64,000 bases of DNA, taken from assembly GCA_963734495.1 (NCBI GenBank), contig CAVTHK010000011.1, positions 64,001 through 128,000 on the forward strand, given 5' to 3'. The notes beneath the pieces are model-generated. The model was not told the origin of the DNA, ran no database searches, and saw only the letters and a list, made by a program, of their open reading frames with translations. The translations under genes were made by a program, and so were the position numbers. Each line of letters starts with the position of its first letter. Position 1 is the first letter of the stretch. This document shows positions 61,661 to 64,000 of this stretch, piece after piece. The DNA comes from an uncultured Spirochaetota bacterium. Its GTDB lineage: Bacteria > Spirochaetota > Spirochaetia > SZUA-6 > CAVTHK01.

Positions 61661-62371
61661 TCATCGGCGGAAGTCGGGAATGTCGGCGACCTTCCACAGG
61701 GCGAGGCACTTGTCCCGGTAGTCGACGGCGGGGTGCCTTTCGTTGATCGCCTCGATCGCAGGTGGAAACCCGAACGGAGGCAGCCGCAGGTTGATGGGCC
61801 GCCAGGCGCCGGCAGGGATGTCTTCGTTCGCCTTCCTGTCCGCAAAGGTCGTCGTGAGGAAGTACGCGGATGCGGAGCGCTTGACATTTGCGAGCGCGTC
61901 GAAAATGGCGGCGTACGGCAGGTGCACGAGGCAGTCGCGGCACAGGACGAGGTCGGCGCGGGGGAGCTGGTCGCGCGTGAGGTCGAGCCGGACGAACCTG
62001 CGATTCGCGCCGGCGTACAGAGCCGCGTTGCGCTCGATCATCTCGGCGACGATGTCGGCGCCGGTGTAGTCGACGTCCAGCTCCACCGTCCTCATCCAGA
62101 AGAAGTCTCCGCAGGGAATGTCGAGCAGCGATCGGCAGCCCAGATCACGGACCAGCCGGGGAAGCGCCTCGCGGACCGCCCTCGTCTGCTCGAGGCTCGC
62201 GCCGGAGCCGGAGCGCGAATCGCCGGCCCCCCACGCGCCCGCGCGGTACATAGCGGTGAAGATCCGTTCCTGCGTCCTGCCGCGCATCGCGGGAGAGTAC
62301 TTGATGGCTCTCCAGATCTTCGCGAGAAAGGGAGCCCGTCGCAGCAGGAAGGCCCTGAGGGAGTTCAGCAT
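61661..62371 (-). CDS. Class I SAM-dependent methyltransferase
   Basis: SGSGAS, LDIPCGDFFW, YTGADIV, CRDCLVHL. Confidence 0.85.
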   Translation of the reverse strand: MLNSLRAFLLRRAPFLAKIWRAIKYSPAMRGRTQERIFTAMYRAGAWGAGDSRSGSGASLEQTRAVREALPRLVRDLGCRSLLDIPCGDFFWMRTVELDVDYTGADIVAEMIERNAALYAGANRRFVRLDLTRDQLPRADLVLCRDCLVHLPYAAIFDALANVKRSASAYFLTTTFADRKANEDIPAGAWRPINLRLPPFGFPPAIEAINERHPAVDYRDKCLALWKVADIPDFRR

Positions 62372-62417
62372 GCTCAGACCTGCATTCTACCGCGACGCGG
62401 GCCGCGGCGGTCAAGGA

Positions 62418-62460
62418 CTGGTCGAGCGCTGACCGAGCGCTGGTCGAGGCTGGTCGAGCG
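62418..62460. repeat. Four tandem ~11-bp direct repeats (CTGGTCGAGCG)
   Basis: ctggtcgagcg ctgaccgagcg ctggtcgagg ctggtcgagcg. Confidence 0.75.
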
Positions 62461-64000
62461 CTACCGGCCCGCGAGCCACTGGGGCACGATGATGCGCACC
62501 ACGCGCAGGCCCTGCTGGTCCACGACAAAGGCGTGCTCGCCCGAAACGGCCACCGCCGCGGCGTAATCGACGTCGGCGGAGCTGACCCGGCGCGGGCTCC
62601 GCGGCGCGCTCAGGTCGAGCACGGAGAGGCCGCGGACGCCTTCGGCGAGGTAAGCACGGCCGCCCGCGACGATCGCGTCCTCGACGTTGCGGCTGGGATA
62701 GAGCGCCAGGCTGCGCGGTGAGCGGGGGTCGGTCACGTCGAGCAGCGACAGGCCGGCCGGCCCGGTGACCGCGGCCAGCACCATGCCGGAGTGGAAGGCC
62801 GCCAGGCTCACCGTGCGGGCCTGCAGCGAACCGATGCGGCCGAGCGAGCGCGGGGCGGTCGGATCCGTCACGTCCAGGACTTCGACCCCGTCGGCGCCGA
62901 TGGCGACGGCCGCGAGGTCCCCGTGCACCGACACGTCGCGCGCGCCCCCGAGGGACACGGTGGAGAGCTTCCGCACCGAGCGGGCGTCGGTCACGTCGAA
63001 GATGGAGAGGCCCGCCAGGGCGTCGGCGCAGTAGACGAGCAGGCGTCCGTCGCGCTCCTGCGCGTCGAGCGCCCGGGCATCGCCGCCCGTCTCAAGGCCG
63101 ACGAGGTTGCGCAGGCGGACCCTTCCGCTTTCCCTCTCGATCCCGATGACGCGGACGCCGCGTCCGCGTTCCGCAGCGAGGATGCGCGCGTTGCCGGCGC
63201 CGCCGGCCAGCCTCACGTCGCAGGCGTCCGCGGTGTCGATCGAGGCGAGCAGCGAGGCGTCGCTCACGGCGGCGGGCTCCGCGGCCGCGAAGAGCTTGAT
63301 GCCGGAGCTCCCGTCAGCCACCGCGACCACCGGACCCACGCCGTCGAGCGAGCCGAGGGCGAGAGCCCGGGCTTCGGTGCCGGTCCTCGCCGCGGCGACT
63401 TCGAGCGAGCGGCCCTGGGTGAACACGTCGAGTATGCTCAGGCCCGAAGGACCCGCCGTCAACGCGTAGGCGCGGCCGCAGAAATCGTCGCGGAGCGCGA
63501 TGGCTTCCGCGGGCGCGGACGCGAGGTCGCCGAAGATCCGCGGCGTGGCGGGGTCGCTCACGTCCACGACCTTGGTGCCGCGCGCGCCGTCCGCAAGGTA
63601 GACGAACACCCGGCCGTCCGGCTCTGCCCTGACCTCGAGCTGCCGCGGGTCGTCCGCGGCCACCGACGTCGCGGGCGCCGGCGCCGTGGGGTCGCTCACG
63701 TCGATGAGGTGCAGCGCGTCCGCGGTCGCCACGTACGCGATCTCCCGTCCGTCGGGTCTGAGGCCGACGCTCACGCAGCGCGCGTTCTCGAGGGCTACCC
63801 GAGCGAGCGGGCGCGGGAGCGAAGGCCGGCCGAGGTCGAAGAGCGCGAGCCCCTGGGGGCCGACCGCGCAGAGGAGCCGCCCGGTCGCGCTCAGCGAGAG
63901 GGCGCGAAAGCATCCGGCCAGGGCGGGCCCCGCGGGGGTCGGGTCGGCCGGGTCCGCGGCGTCGAGCACGACGATCCCGCCGTCGCCGGCGGCCACGTAG
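62461..64000 (-). CDS. LVIVD-repeat beta-propeller protein, 5'-truncated by the window edge
   Basis: Recurrent LHLIDVSDP, KVVDVSDP, EVLDVTDP, SLLDVTDP, AYLAEG. Confidence 0.85.
   Translation of the reverse strand, partial: YVAAGDGGIVVLDAADPADPTPAGPALAGCFRALSLSATGRLLCAVGPQGLALFDLGRPSLPRPLARVALENARCVSVGLRPDGREIAYVATADALHLIDVSDPTAPAPATSVAADDPRQLEVRAEPDGRVFVYLADGARGTKVVDVSDPATPRIFGDLASAPAEAIALRDDFCGRAYALTAGPSGLSILDVFTQGRSLEVAAARTGTEARALALGSLDGVGPVVAVADGSSGIKLFAAAEPAAVSDASLLASIDTADACDVRLAGGAGNARILAAERGRGVRVIGIERESGRVRLRNLVGLETGGDARALDAQERDGRLLVYCADALAGLSIFDVTDARSVRKLSTVSLGGARDVSVHGDLAAVAIGADGVEVLDVTDPTAPRSLGRIGSLQARTVSLAAFHSGMVLAAVTGPAGLSLLDVTDPRSPRSLALYPSRNVEDAIVAGGRAYLAEGVRGLSVLDLSAPRSPRRVSSADVDYAAAVAVSGEHAFVVDQQGLRVVRIIVPQWLAGR

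Overview
GC-rich, densely coding bacterial window made of catabolic, transport and regulatory genes. No rRNA, tRNA, CRISPR array, integrase or transposase is recognisable. The solute-binding-protein leaders ('FATGAAEGG', 'FASGGAE', 'ATGTQEAA') resemble those of free-living Spirochaetia, which is an inference only. In order the window holds: two convergent enolase-superfamily paralogs with a double-HTH GntR regulator; a Dpp/Opp ABC operon with a sulfatase and an ornithine-cyclodeaminase-family gene; a P5C-dehydrogenase-like ALDH, a DAO-family oxidase and a PHP hydrolase; an arsenic module (arsR, thioredoxin-like, ArsP permease, arsC, acr3); an SDR; actP plus DUF485 divergent from a ~1,200-aa PHP-Cache-PAS-PAS-CBS-CBS-DUF294 membrane sensor (the top finding); a LacI-controlled sugar ABC, glucosylglycerate-phosphorylase and GT4 operon; an HldE-like kinase-HAD fusion with a DHS-like partner, GmhA and an AGE epimerase; an NTP-transferase/PhoD/CPBP/acyltransferase/DUF6320-like string; two more ABC systems, GlpQ, MFS, a spermidine-synthase fusion, GT4, a methyltransferase and a partial LVIVD-repeat protein. 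Seven genes carry a net +1 frameshift and acr3 also has an in-frame TAG, most likely assembly errors. All product calls come from motifs recognised by eye, not from database searches.
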